Assembly (NCBI GenBank): GCA_977017575.1
Contig: CDRNVI010000143.1
Location: forward strand, 124,001 to 188,000
Direction: 5' to 3'
DNA length: 64,000 nt
Source of the DNA: Paramoeba atlantica
Taxonomy: Eukaryota > Protista > Discosea
In this document: positions 27,694 through 40,419 of the stretch, piece after piece
Layout: each line of letters opens with the position of its first letter
Numbering within the stretch: the first letter of the stretch is position 1
Notes under the pieces: model-generated
The model's database searches: none
What the model was told of the DNA's origin: nothing
The model's input: only the letters and a program-made list of their open reading frames with translations
Program-made: the position numbers and the translations under genes

Positions 27694-29640
27694 ATCAAAA
27701 AATTTTTTCTCTTTTTTGAATATTTAAAATCTTATTTTTTTAAAAAATATAAAAATCAAATTGAGAAAAATATTTTTTTTTTAGTCAAATAAAGAAAATT
27801 AATTTTATTTCTGAAATTAATTTTAGTTTTTTATTTGTTTTTGTTGGTTTTTGTTTCATTGCTTCATTTTACCTAAACTCATATACAAGAATCTATTATT
27901 TTCTTTCACAAAAAAAAAAAAAATCTTTTGTCCTTTTTGTTGAAGTAATTTCATTGTAAAATTTAAAACTTCTAGTTCATGAATACATTCTTTTTTATAA
28001 AACCTTTGAATAAGAAAAGTTAACTCTTTGTTAAACTTTAATAAAGTAATATTATTATTTTTATAAAAAATTAATTCTTAATAATCCAAATGAAAAAGAA
28101 TGAATAATAACTTTCACAACTATAAGTTGTTTTTTTCAAATTGACTAACAACAAAACAGAAAACTTTCCAAGACTTGGGGTAACCTACTTTTTGGAGTGA
28201 AATCAAAAATGTGAAAACACTTTACATCGATTAAATCTTTTCAAATTGATAAAATTGTTAAATATGTGTAAAAATGTAATGGAAACCAAGTTTCATTAAT
28301 CCAAACCACTCTTAAGGATTGGATTAATACCACTTTCTTAAAAGCAATTTCTTTCACTTAGATTTATTTTTTTGTTTAAAGTGAAAAACAACTTTTTCTT
28401 ATTGATTCAGAGCCACTTGAGGCAGAAAGGTGTAATTTGTTTGAAGAAAAGCTGAAACAAAATACAAAAGAATTACAAAAAAAGATTGATGCTGCTCACT
28501 TTTAATTAATCATGAATATGAATAAAACTGATTTTGATTGTAAAAAAGATACTGAAAAACTCAAAGTTGTTTTAATACATAATTGCTTCCATATATATTG
28601 TTTCTCTTGAAATAAATTCTATATCACTTTAATGCTTATAGTTGGTATTATTGGATGGAGTTTTTCAATTTTTACAATTATTAAAATAATATCCTTTGTT
28701 TCAAACTTAAAGGTGATGTATAATCTCTCAGTGAATGAATGGTGTCATGTAATATTATTTTCATCACTAAATATCAATAATAAGTTATTTTCTTATTGAA
28801 TTGATAAAATTTTTGTTCTAAAAGTGATTATAAAATGTTGATTTTTAGAGTTCAAAGATAATGTCAAAGCTTTTCTTATCTTAAATAGTTGTTTTGCTTA
28901 TAGTGTTGCAAACCTTCAAGCCTTAACTTGTAATTTCACAAAGTAATTCATTTAAAGCATAATTTTTTCTAGTATGGGTTTTAAACACTGCCTTGGTAAG
29001 AATTATACAATCTCCAACAATTATAATCTCTTTTATCATTAATTTAATCAAGCAGCCTGTAAATTCACCAATATTGTTAAAGCCAAGAGGAATGGTTTCA
29101 AACCCACCACATATCTCTTTCTTCCCTGAAAACTGCAAAACCTGCACCCCCTAGATGAGGGTTTGTATATCTTGAACCATTCTAAAATATTTAAAAGCCT
29201 TTGAATTTAAAACTTTTCTTCTTTTTAGATCCTTTCTTGGTTTGAGTCCTTAGAGGCCAAGAGAGGATTTTATTCTTTCTCAGGATTTTTCTAAAATTTT
29301 TTTTAGTATATTAGGTTGATTTAGTTCCTTTTGCACACACTGTGAGCCACAAACTCAGCAGAGCAGCACTCACCACAAAGGTTTCTTGCCTAGTAAAATA
29401 CTTTGAGACAAGGCCACACACTCTTAGTTTCTTGTTAGTTGGGTATTTTCAGCAAAATACATTTCCTTCCTTTTGCTTGAAGAAGACCCTCAGCCACAGA
29501 GCATTTTTCCAGTAGATGAGATCATAACTCCTTTTCTCAGTGACAGCTGAGCAACAACTTGAATCTTAGTTTGAGAAGTGAGACAACTTGTTTCTTGTAG
29601 ATAGCTCTTTTATTAGGAATTTAAGTAAATTCCTTTTAAA

Positions 29641-30965
29641 CTAAGATCTAATTGTATGAGTCAAGTTGTACACCACACATTCAGCTCTTCCTTCCCCCAC
29701 ATACAAGTCTTTGATTTCAATTGGAATCATTTGAAACATATTGGTATATGCAACATAAGTGGTCTGACCAAACACAACTTTGGAAGAAAGGCTTTGAGTC
29801 CAAAGGGGATAGCATAAAGTAAGAACAGAGGTTTTAGTGTTGGCATAGACACCCAGGGCTGAGCAGAGGGATTTCCACATCAAAGAGGTGACAGATTTTA
29901 GGATCAACTTGAATCTCACTAAGTATCCTATACATGGAGTTAGATAGGTATTGACCATCTTCACTCTTGAGCAAAAATTCCCCTCTCTTTTTAATTGCTG
30001 TTCCAACTTTCTTCATCTTTTGAACCACCTTCTCCCAATCTTTGAGAGGAGATAACCATTTACTCAATCTCACTCTCAGTTTCATCACCACAGTAATTGG
30101 GTCTTGCCATCTCAGACCAGGGGTCTACTGGTTTGTAAGACTCAGTTGAGAGGACAAAGCACTTATTAAAGTTCAGTTTAGCTCCAGTCACTTCTTCATA
30201 TTTCTTAAAGGTTGGAGTGAGAGAATTGATGGTTTCAGCTCTCTAAAGCACCATCCCCAAATCATCCATAAAGCCTGGCAGATCTTGGGGGTTGTGTTTC
30301 TTCTTCAAACTCACAAGGAGGATGTCAAACACAATCACAAACAATAGAGGGGAGATTGGGCATCCTTGTCTAACTCCTGTCCATCTTTGGATTGATTCTT
30401 TGGTGCCTCCCCTCTTGGATCCACCAATATTTAGCAGCCAGGTTACATATTCACAAAGGACTTTCTCAACAACAGAGATTGCTTTAGGGGGGTGTTCAAA
30501 CCTTTGAGAATATGAAGGAGTGCATCACAATTCACATAATCATATGCCTTGCAAAAGTCTGTTTGGAGGAGAGTCACATCTTTCCCCTCTGCCAAAGCTT
30601 TGTAAAAAGAGTCATATACTGATTCTACTGCTTCATCAATTGATTTCCTGAAAATCCATAACCTCACTTGCTTGTTGAATTAGTTTTACCCACATATCAA
30701 AGTACTTCTCTTGTGTTGCCTTATACAAAGAGAAGGGAATACCATCAGGTCCTGTGCTGGTGTTGTTGGTTCTCTGAAGTAGTTTATTGACTTTCTTCCT
30801 GTCCACATTATGTTTCTTAACTGGGGGGAAATGAGGTTGGTGGTCAGCAATCAGTTCATCAAGAGAATCTTTGTTATATGGTCTTTCTGTGCTGAGAAGA
30901 CCCTCCCAAAAATCCTTAATTGCTTTTTTAACCACATTATCATCATGAGAGATCACCCCATCCAT
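29641..30965 (-). pseudogene. L1/Tx1-like non-LTR reverse transcriptase, disrupted
   Basis: STGPDGIPF, LQTDFCKAYDYVN (30539-30559), TGVRQGCPISPLLF, FMDD (30261-30272), YEEVTGAKLNFNK; stops and frameshifts. Confidence 0.85.
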
Positions 30966-30969
30966 GATT

Positions 30970-31290
30970 ACATGTTGCTTTTAACAAAAAGATGAAGACC
31001 ATCTTTGCTCCAAGTTAACAGATCTGTCAGGTCTGTCTGAATGAGTGTATAGTGGTGTGGTTCTACAAATTGACTTTTAGTTGAATGTTTGTTCAGAAAG
31101 AAACCATATTTTTTTGGAAATGAACATCATATAATTGGTTGAGGGGAGACTAAAGTGATATTTTTTCTTGAAATTGTCAAGGGAAAGTTCCATCCTCTTG
31201 AAATTCCTGAAATGGGCTTGTTCAAGTTTCAACCTCCATCAGGTTTTGGAGTGAAAACTGTTGGTTTAATGCTTTACATGAGAGTGAGCT
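30970..31290 (+). pseudogene. piggyBac transposase fragment
   Basis: AFNKKMKTIFAPS*...VCLNEC...MFVQKE...GETKVIFFLEIVKGK..EMGLFKFQPPSGFGVKTVGLML aligns with the copy at 35.0-35.3 kb in the opposite orientation. Confidence 0.85.
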
Positions 31291-33906
31291 TAAGCTGCAC
31301 TTGCAATCATAGTGTTTTTAGGATTGAAGTGACTTCAAATATTCCTTTTGAGCCTTCAAAAAAAATCTGATGTTATATCCATATGTTCACTCTTGTGGTC
31401 TCTTTTCTGATTTGTTTGTTTTTTGGTTGAATGAAGAGGTGAAGGTTGAAGAAATGGAACAAAAAAGAAAAAGAAAAAGGAAAAAAAGTGTGTGTTTATT
31501 ATTCTTTTGATGATTGGATTGTTTGATTTGAAAAAAAAGGTTATACATAGAAGTTGAAGGTGATGATGTTGTGAAAGGGAAAAAAAGAACCTGTTTTGTT
31601 AATTGATCCAAACAGAAACTCTTTCACCAGAGACTCCCATTCCTGGATGTATTCTCAGTGATCTTGACTTGACACTGATTGTTTGAAGAAACTCTGATTC
31701 AAGTTCTTCTTCTTCTTCTTCTTCATTGTCTGGGTCAATACAACCTGATGTAAGCTCATGAAGAAAACACTGATCACAGTAATCTTCAATGTCTTTGGCT
31801 GAACATTGGAAAACTTTTGAAAGTGAAAGGAATTGGCCAGGGACACAAGACTTGGTCCTCCCTCATCTCAACTTATGGCAATATATAGCTTTTGAAATGT
31901 TCTCAAGTAATTGCATGAATCTGGTCCAGTGGTTTGCTCAATCTGACCAAACCCCTCCACCACCCAAAAGGAAAAGAGAAGAGGAAATCGACCTCCAAGC
32001 AGTAAAGAAGCAAATGCTGACACAACTCAATGAAATGATTGAGAATTGTAAGGACCTTGATGAACTCAAAAGAAAATTGGACAAACAAAAATGATCCAAC
32101 TGTTACTGTTCATCATGAGCAAGATGACAGTTTCACTCTCATCATTGGAGATCTGGAAAGAGATTTGTTTTGAAACTTTGCTCCCCTGCTCAAACCAGAC
32201 AAGAGTCATCAGAAAACATGAGTCAACTTGCTCCCTCAACAAACAGTCATCATTTTGGGTCTGAGGTGTTGCATGGGTCAACTTGTTCTCCAGTGTGCAC
32301 TCCAAGAGCCCACATCACTCAAGGTTTCAGCATTGGCCAAAACACTGAGTATGCAATTGATAGGTCAACTTTATATAAGACATTTGTTAATGCATTGATG
32401 GGTCAACTTTCAATTTCAGTCTCAAACACCAGGCCACTCAAGTGGTGATGCTCTCACTGAATCTTATCTGGAATGGAGGAGGATGTTGAGTGCACACACC
32501 CATGCCAAAACCAAATGTAGGGCACAAAAGAGTCACCCAAAAGATTAATGCTTTATCTGAACAAGACTTAGTTTGAATAACTGATGAACAAACTCCTAAG
32601 GAGAGGGGTAAGGACAAGCAGAGATATTGGAGAGGAGACAAAGCAATAGACCTGAATTGAACAAATGGCTGATTCATTTTGTAAACAAATGAGAAATCTT
32701 CTCTTGAATGGAATATTACCAGAATCAAAAATGGAAGCAAAGAATAATCAATTTTGAATTTCCAATCTTGTGTCCACAAGTTCATCTTGCATGATCTGAC
32801 ATCTTTAAAGTAAATTAAAAACCAGAGGAGAAGAAGGCAAAGAAGAAGGAAGGGGTAAGACAAGAGTGGATGAGGGACAAAATGGGGCGCACAGGAGATG
32901 GACAAAAAGCACACACATCATCAGAAGGAATGCAATATCTCAAAAGATATCCTTGATCAAAGAATCTAAGCACTTTCTGCACATAAAAAGCACTCTTGTA
33001 CCTCATCATTGTAGTCACCATGATCAAATTCAAGCATGGTGTGGAAGACCAGCTTGTGGAATTAATGAGGGGAATAGGGGGAAATGGAGAAAGAGAATTT
33101 AGGGCTTGAGAAAGAAATAAAAGAGAGAGAGAGACACATGAGAATGGAAAGGATGAGAAAGTGAAATTTGATTTAGGAGAAATCTTCAATCCTATCAACA
33201 AGAACAGAAGAAAATGATTCTCTAACACCAACTTTAGGAAATCCAAGGATCTTGAGAGGTGGATGTTATCAAATGAGGAGGTTCAAGGAGATTTCAAAGA
33301 AAGTGATGAAGAAATATGAACCCAAGAGGAGCAGACTAGTAATGCCAATCAGCTCAGTTGGCCAAAAGGATGAATATTTCCCCCCTTGATAAGGGTCACT
33401 GAGATCCTCAGGGGATGCAAGGGGGGGTTTGAATATTGAGACCTTTTGTCAAGCCACCTTTTGGGCAGTTAAGAGGAAGCAGCCAAGAACCTATTTGAAT
33501 GTTGAATTGGCCCAATTGGTTCAGATTGCAATCAGAAAGAAAAGAAGATGGAAGATTGAGATCAAAATAAATAAGGGGGGGGGTTTTGGAGTTGGCTTGA
33601 GAAACTCTACTCCAAAAAGGGGAAAAGACCAAAACCAAGGATAATCAAGAGGGATAAACAATGGAAAAGAAGGCCAGAGAAAGTACTCAAGAAGTATGCA
33701 AAGGAACAGAACAAAGAGGAGACTTCACCAACAGCAGCATCTCCAGCCTTTTTGTACCAAAGAGAAAGATTGATCTGAGATATGTGAACCACACAGCACA
33801 AAAACTGTGAGACTCTGGGAGAAATGTTTCACCATCTTCCAAAAGAAAAGGAAAAACCAGAAAAAAAGAAAAAACCAGAAAAACCAGAAAAAAACAAATA
33901 AAATTG

Positions 33907-36443
33907 TTAAACTCTCCAGAAAATCAGGTTCCTTCCAGGCCAAAAGACTAATTAGGTCCCTATTTTTGACTCTTTTTTTGAAGCCACTGGTGGGTGGAGG
34001 GGAGATTTTTTTTGATAAACTTTTTAATAAAGATCTTTTAAACAAGAATATCAAGAAATATTTGTCCAAATATTGTTTTTTGAAAAAAAAAATTGAGTCA
34101 CCAAAAAAAAAAAAACATCATTTTTCAAAAGGACTAATTAGTCCTCAGTCATGTGCCTGCTCATATGGTCAGCAAAGCAACCTGAACAAAAAATGAGTGT
34201 TTGATCACAGGAGCAATAGGTTCGAACTTTCTTTGTACAATTTGTCCCATTTGCATCTACTCTTCTGGTACTCTTGTCTGGCTTCAGTCCAATTACCATT
34301 TCACCAAACTCCAGCAAAGTTGGGCTTGATCATCAGATGATGTTCTACACGAGTTGGGAGTGGTATTCGCAGGTTATAGCCTTCATCCAAGGGATGATTC
34401 TGAGAGAGTAAACCTTGGGCAACCTCAAAACGAAATTCTGCAAAGGAGAGCTCTTTGGCTTGGGGGAAAAAGTGCTGAAATATGAGGAAGGCATTGACTT
34501 CCACAACTACAAAAATGAAAGCAAACTGCCTGTGGACCCATTTTTTGGTCTTCCAGGAACTCTCCAAGGAGAGAGAACCTTGCCTCAGTTGGTTGTGATC
34601 ATCCACACAATGCCTGGTTTGATAGTAAAAGTCAAGAGGCTGAGTATATCACAGGGAGAGTCTTTGGCCTTCAAGCTTGCAATTTCGTGGGCAACCAGTG
34701 GGAAAAGAAGTTCCCCAGGTATTAATCATTATAGAAGAGTGATGAACATCTTGGAAAGCCTCCACATAGAATTTATAACCTCTCAGAGATCCTTTCTTCA
34801 CTTTCACACATAACCAGGTTCCTTCTTCTTGAGGTGTGCAACAATCTCTTCCCCTGGAATTCCTTTGGGCCAATATCGTTTTTTCTTCACAACTGAAGTA
34901 CAATACAATCCCTTCTCAAAGAAGTTGAATACAACCTTCCAACACACAAAAACCACTATCCAAAGCAACTACTCGACCAGTTCCCCAAATTCCCTCAGTC
35001 ATTCTAAGCATTAAACCAACAGTTTTCGCTCCAGAACCAGATGGAGGTTGAAACTTGGGCAGGCCCATTTCAGGAGGATGGGACTTTCCTTCCACAATTT
35101 CAAGAAAGAATATCACTCTAGTCTCCCCACAACCAATTGTATGATATTCATTTCCAAAAGGATGAGGTTCCTTCTGAACAAACATCCAACCAGGAGCCCA
35201 TTTACAGAACCACACCACCATAGACTCATCCAGACAGACCTGCCAACTTGGAACAAAGATGGTCTTCATCTTCTCGTTAAAAGCAGCAATCAGGGGTCGA
35301 ATTTCCCACATACGGTCTGTGTAAGAGGGTTTTGCAGAGAGAGGAGCAAGTTTAAGAGAGGAGACAATCATATCAAACTGATTTCTACTGATATATTTCC
35401 CAAGATAAGGCAGTGTACCATGCAAGGAAGATCCAGCTGAATCCTTTGAAATTCGAAAAAAATCCCTTCTTTTATGTCCTGGGTAGAAAGACATAATCTG
35501 GCACAAGGCAATAAAATCAAGCATTTCAGCTTCAGTGAAGTTCAAAGAATGGTTAAACTCATTTTTGTTGCTTTCAGCACATCAGTTTTTAGAAAGGTTA
35601 GAGGCAGAACTTGGAGAAAAATATCGAGGGGAGTGGGGACATAAACAGCATCAAAGCGAATTCTTGTACAGGCCTTGAAGTCTTGTGCTCCTATCACAGC
35701 ACGAGCATCAGTTGTTGAGGAAGACCACTCAGAAACACAAAGGAAAGATCATTTTCAACGAGTTCTGCTGCATTGTCTTCCCCTTCCTCCTCAATATCAG
35801 AGCAAGATTCAGTATCTTCATCATCAGTATCAGATGAGCCCAAAACAGGCACAGAGGTTGTTGATGCCTGGGATGAACCAGAACTTGATCCTCCTGAGCC
35901 AGAAGAGGATGATGAAGATGAAGATGGATGAGTTGAAGTCCCACAACCCTCTGAGACATCCGCTTCTCCAACAAACTTCAAATTTTCAGGGAGAGCCAGA
36001 AGGTAATCATTCTGGAAGACAGGAGAATGAAGCAAAACTACCATCTGAGATTTCCTGTCATAGTTCTGAAGTTCCACCCTTTTCACCCTGAGTGAAGAGA
36101 GAGATGCTCCTTGATATTGGTCACCAAAATGTTTCCTTAGAAGATGAGAAGGGCAAAGGTTCACAGCTTTGTAGAACCAAATAGTATCCTCCTTCAATTC
36201 TTCAATTCTTGGAGAAGTTGATCCAGAACTCATTTTTCTCACCACTGTAACTTTTTTCATTCAGACTTTCTGAGAAAGGCATTGTGATGAAAATCAAGAA
36301 AAAACCTCAAAGAAACACAAAAGAAAGTCAAAAAAAAAAAAAGTTCAAAAATGTGCTTTATTTTGGCCAACAAACAGGAGCCTAATTAGGCCCAAAAAGA
36401 CTAATTAGGCCCCCCTGGAAGGAACCCGATATAATATTGTTAA
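33907..36443 (-). mobile_element. piggyBac-family (DDE_Tnp_1_7-like) DNA transposon, near full length, frameshifted
   Basis: WEIRPLI..FN, VCLDESMV, KEPHPFGNEYH, VVALDSGF, WKTKKW, C-terminal CTKKVRTYCSCD..CSGCFADH; 17-bp inverted repeats ATC(A/G)GGTTCCTTCCAGG at 33923-33939 and 36414-36430; TTAA at 33907 and 36440. Confidence 0.85.
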
Positions 36444-36747
36444 CCAAAATAAACCTGATCAAATTGTGCAATATCTTGATGTAATAAATGAGGAAATATT
36501 TATATTTGTTCTCATTCTCACTTCTAATCTAAGAGAAGGAAAGAAAAGATTGAAGAAGAGATAAAAAAAAATGAAAAATTCACTATGTGAGAATTGAACC
36601 TGTTAGATGAATAGATGGTTCTTGCCCTTCTCCTTATTCTCCTGAGGTTTGAAAAAGAAGTTTTTCAATCCCCCTCCTTTGAAACAAAAATAGAAGACAT
36701 TATTTGAAAAATAACTTTCTTCAAAAGAACAATGAACCCCCAGAATT

Positions 36748-36798
36748 TTCATACTCTCTGGGTGCTAATTTGAAAATTTGTACCCAGAGAGAGTATAA
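36748..36798 (-). repeat. Dispersed ~50-bp dyad element, copy 3
   Basis: TTCATACTCTCTGGGT-GCTAATTTGAAAATTTGT-ACCCAGAGAGAGTAT; reversed spacer. Confidence 0.85.
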
Positions 36799-38215
36799 GT
36801 CTTCTTGCTTGAGGTCATTTGAGTTTTGCTTGTATTGCCACTGAACAAGGAAAGAACCAAAATAGTCACTTCTTCAAAAAAGATCAAAAGAAATGAGTTC
36901 TCTGTTCAAAAAAAAAATGTGAAAAAGGAGGTGAAAAGAAAAGATAAAGAAGATAAAAACTAGTAAGAAAAAGAAAGAAAAAAGAACCTTGTGTCTTTAC
37001 CTCTCACAGCTTAATAGATGGTCTCCCTGATCCAGTGTCCCCTCAAGGTAAAATGATTCCCATTTCTCTCAAAGTTCTTGTTTCTCAAAAGACAAAGGGA
37101 ATGCCAAATCAAAGAAAGGTCCCAACATTGAACTGGGGTGAGTCATAAAATAATTAAAGAAATAATTGATATTCTCAAGGGTCCACCAGGTCTAATCCTC
37201 TTAAATAACATCAAAGAAATAATAGTGTTGTTTGAACAATATCAAAAGAACTATTTAACTTGTTCATATAAAACTCCTTACAATCCATTCAATTTGTTTT
37301 GCCTTTCTCAATCTTGGATATTAATCACAAGCACAAAGTGGAGACATTATCATCACAACAAGACACTCCCTCAACAAATATTCAACAAAACCAAATAACT
37401 AAAACCCAAATATTCAATCAAGAAACAACCACCTCTAAAAACCACCAACAAATAACAAACAACAAAACAATAAAACAACAATCCCCCCACAAACAATGCA
37501 CAATACTCCAGAAACAACAAAACACAAAATAAAGAAGGGGGGAAAACCTGGTGTGATAATGAGGACAAAACAATAGTGGCAACAACAACTTGCACAGCAG
37601 AAAGTGCTTTTGGTGAGAAGGTGGAAAATCAGAAAGGTGCCAAGTGTATTTTTTCTCCCCCATCATGAATTCTCCATTATTGTTTGTGTTAAAAACCACC
37701 CACTTCCACTCCCTTCATTCAAAAGAAAAGTCAATCAAAAAATTTAAAATAAAAAACAAAGGGAAAGGGGAAGGAGGAAAGGGAAAAAAAGAAAAAGGAG
37801 GAAAAGAGGGGGAAAAACAAAAGAGATAAGAAGAAAAAAAGGTAAAAAAGGGAGAAAAAGGGGAAAGATAAGAAAGAAACAGGAGGAAAAGAAGAAAAAA
37901 CCTCTGATTGAAAGCAGATCAATCAAGGAAAAGAACCCTTTTCAATGTAATTCCACTCTTTTCTGATAAAAATTGGAAAATATGCAACACTTTTGTCTCC
38001 TCTGTTTTAAAATAAAAGATTAAACAGAAGATTAAACAAAAGAAAAGGAAGAAAAAATAAAAAAGAGAAAAAGAAAAAAAAAAAAAGAGAAAAAACAAAG
38101 AAAAAGGAGAAGAAAAAAAAGAAAGAAAAAAACAAAAAAAAAGAAAAGAAAAAGAAAAAAAAGAACCTTGTCTGGTGGGATCTCAAGTCTCCCTGACTCC
38201 CTAACTCCCCAACTC

Positions 38216-38246
<31 letters not shown>

Positions 38247-38647
38247 AGTGAGAATTGGATCATCTTCTGGGACATTTCAATTCTTTGAGGGATCAAATAG
38301 CTTAAAAAAAACAAAGAAGAAAAAAGAGTTGTTTGAACAAATTAAAAGAACTATTTAATTTGTTCATAAACTCCAAAACATCACCACAAAAATCCTTTCA
38401 ATTGTTCTGTCTTTCTTGTTTTTTGATTAATTGTCATCTAACAGAAAAAGAAAAAAGAAAAGAAAGAAAAATTAGTTTTCCAATTAAAAAAAACAAAGAA
38501 AAACAAAGAAAAGAAAAAAACACATCACAAAACTTCCAACAAAATAAAGGTTTTTGATCTTGGGTTGGTGGTGGAAAGAAAAAGAGAATGAAAAATGAAA
38601 AAGAAAATGAAAAAAAGGAAAAAGGAAAAAAAAAAAAGAAAAAAAAA

Positions 38648-38715
38648 AAGATGAGCTTCCAACACACCAACCCTTGCTGTTGGTGCAACAAGAACCATCC
38701 CCAGAAAAAATAAAG
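38648..38715 (-). pseudogene. Short fragment homologous to the RNase H-like start of the CRE element
   Basis: FIFSGDGSCCTNSKGWCVGSSS versus FFICGDGSVATNPNGWCVGSSS at 16857-16920; the DNA GATGAGCTTCCAACACACCA is shared. Confidence 0.65.
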
Positions 38716-38956
38716 GATTTCTTACCAACATTGGAGAGAAAAAAGAGAGAGAAAGAAGGAAAAGAAAAAAAATCATCAGAACAGAATAATTTATTCAAAA
38801 AATAATCAAGAAAAAAAAGAAAAAAAAGAAAAAAAGAAAAAAAGAAAGAAAAAGAAAAGAAAGAAAAAGAAAAAAGAAAAAAAAAGAAAAAAGAAAAAAA
38901 AAGGAAAAGAAAAACATTTGAAGAAGATCAGAGAGTTGTGCAAATTCAACAGGCAT

Positions 38957-39218
38957 CACTACAGGGAAAACCCCCAAAGATGTTTCAAATAGCCCTTGGT
39001 GTTGACAGCCCCTATTTTTTGGACAATTTATTTGATTTCTAAAACCTGTGATTTTGCTCTCTTCTTTTCATTTGAATTTTTTCAAACAGAACCAGATTTT
39101 TCTTTCGAAAATGGAGGAAAATGGTTTTCCTTCCAAAATCAAATAAATTCTCCAAAAAATAGGGGCTATCGACACCAAGGGCTATTTGAAACATCTTTGG
39201 GGGGTTTTCCCTATAGTG
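38957..39218. mobile_element. Non-autonomous CACTA (EnSpm/CMC) MITE, 262 bp
   Basis: Begins CACTACAGGG and ends CCCTATAGTG; ~81-bp TIRs (38957-39037 / 39137-39218); 3-bp TSD CAT at 38954-38956 and 39219-39221. Confidence 0.9.
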
Positions 39219-39699
39219 CATTGCCCCTGAAAAGAAATTCCCTTCCAGTGATCTAATAAAATCAAAAATAATTTCAATAAAAATGAAAGATATTGAAAAG
39301 AAAGAAAAAAAAAGAAAAAGAAAAAGAAAAAAGATAAAAAAGAAAAAAAGAAAAAGAAAAAGAAAAAGAAAAAGAAAGAGAAAAAGAAAAAAAAGAAAAA
39401 AGAAAAAAGAAAAAATTACAAATCAGTTAGTTTTGAAATTTTGTCCAAGAATTTTTTCTCCCTTCAGTCGATTGGCTTCTAAAAACCTTTTAGAAAAGAA
39501 AGAAAAGAAAAGAAAAGAAAAGAAAAGAGAAGAAAAGAGAAGAGAAGAGAAGAGAAGAGAAGAGAAGAAAAGAAAAGAAAAGAGAAGAAGAAAGGAAAGG
39601 AAAAGAAAAAAAAGGAAAAGAAAAGAAAGAAAAGAAAGAAAAGAAAGAAAATGATAAAATTATTAAAAGAATAATAAAAGAAAGAAAAAAAATAAAATA

Positions 39700-39765
39700 A
39701 TAAAATATAAAATAATAAAATAAAATAAAAATAAAAATAAAATAAAATAAAATAAAATAAAATAA

Positions 39766-39798
<33 letters not shown>

Positions 39799-39840
39799 AA
39801 AAAATAAAAAATAAAAAATAAAAAATAAAAAATAAAAAAA
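39700..39840. repeat. (AAAAT)n / (AAAAAT)n microsatellite
   Basis: Read directly. Confidence 0.9.
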
Positions 39841-40369
39841 AACATGATTTAGACATGAAGATTTTCAATTTCTAATGGAACAGTCCCTCTCAAAGTATTG
39901 TCAGAAAGATCTCTAGAAAGAGAAGAGAGAGAAGAAAGATGGAGAGAGGGAGAGAAAAGGGGAGAGAGAAAGAGAGAGAAGAATGAAAAAGTTAAAAGAA
40001 AAAGAAAAAAAAAAAAAGAAAAAGAAAAAGAAAAAAGAAAAAAAAGAAAGAAAAAGAAACAAATAAAACAAGAGAAGAAAGGAGATAATTGTTTGCCAAA
40101 AGCCTTTTTTAACAAATAATAGAAAGAAAGAAGAGAAAGAGAGAAGAGAGAAGAGAGAGAGAAAGAAAAAGCAGAAGAGAAAGAGAGAGGAGAGAGAGAG
40201 AGGAGAAAAGGAGAGAATGAAAAAGAAAGAGAAGAAGAAGAAGAAAAGCAAAAAAATAGAGGTTGTGTGTTGCTCACCCTCCTCTCCCATTTTCTCCCCC
40301 CCTAAGAACCCCCCTCTTGCTCTTCCATTTTTTGTTTTCCATTGTGATTGTGGGTATTTGTAATTTTGT

Positions 40370-40419
40370 TTCATACTCTCTGGGTTCAAATTTTCAGATT
40401 CACATCCAGAAAGTATGAA
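40370..40419 (+). repeat. Dispersed ~50-bp dyad element, copy 4
   Basis: TTCATACTCTCTGGGT-TCAAATTTTCAGATTCAC-ATCCAGAAAGTATGAA. Confidence 0.8.

Noticed and set aside
27700-29300. AT-rich block right of the satellite as a viral or Polinton gene
   Set aside because: All frames are stop-riddled and no motif was recognised
19860-33400. TGA reassignment suggested by frequent in-frame TGA
   Set aside because: TGA stops occur only in CpG-depleted pseudogenes; the intact ubiquitin and PB1 frames have none, ubiquitin encodes Arg with CGA/CGT, and no TCA-anticodon tRNA is seen
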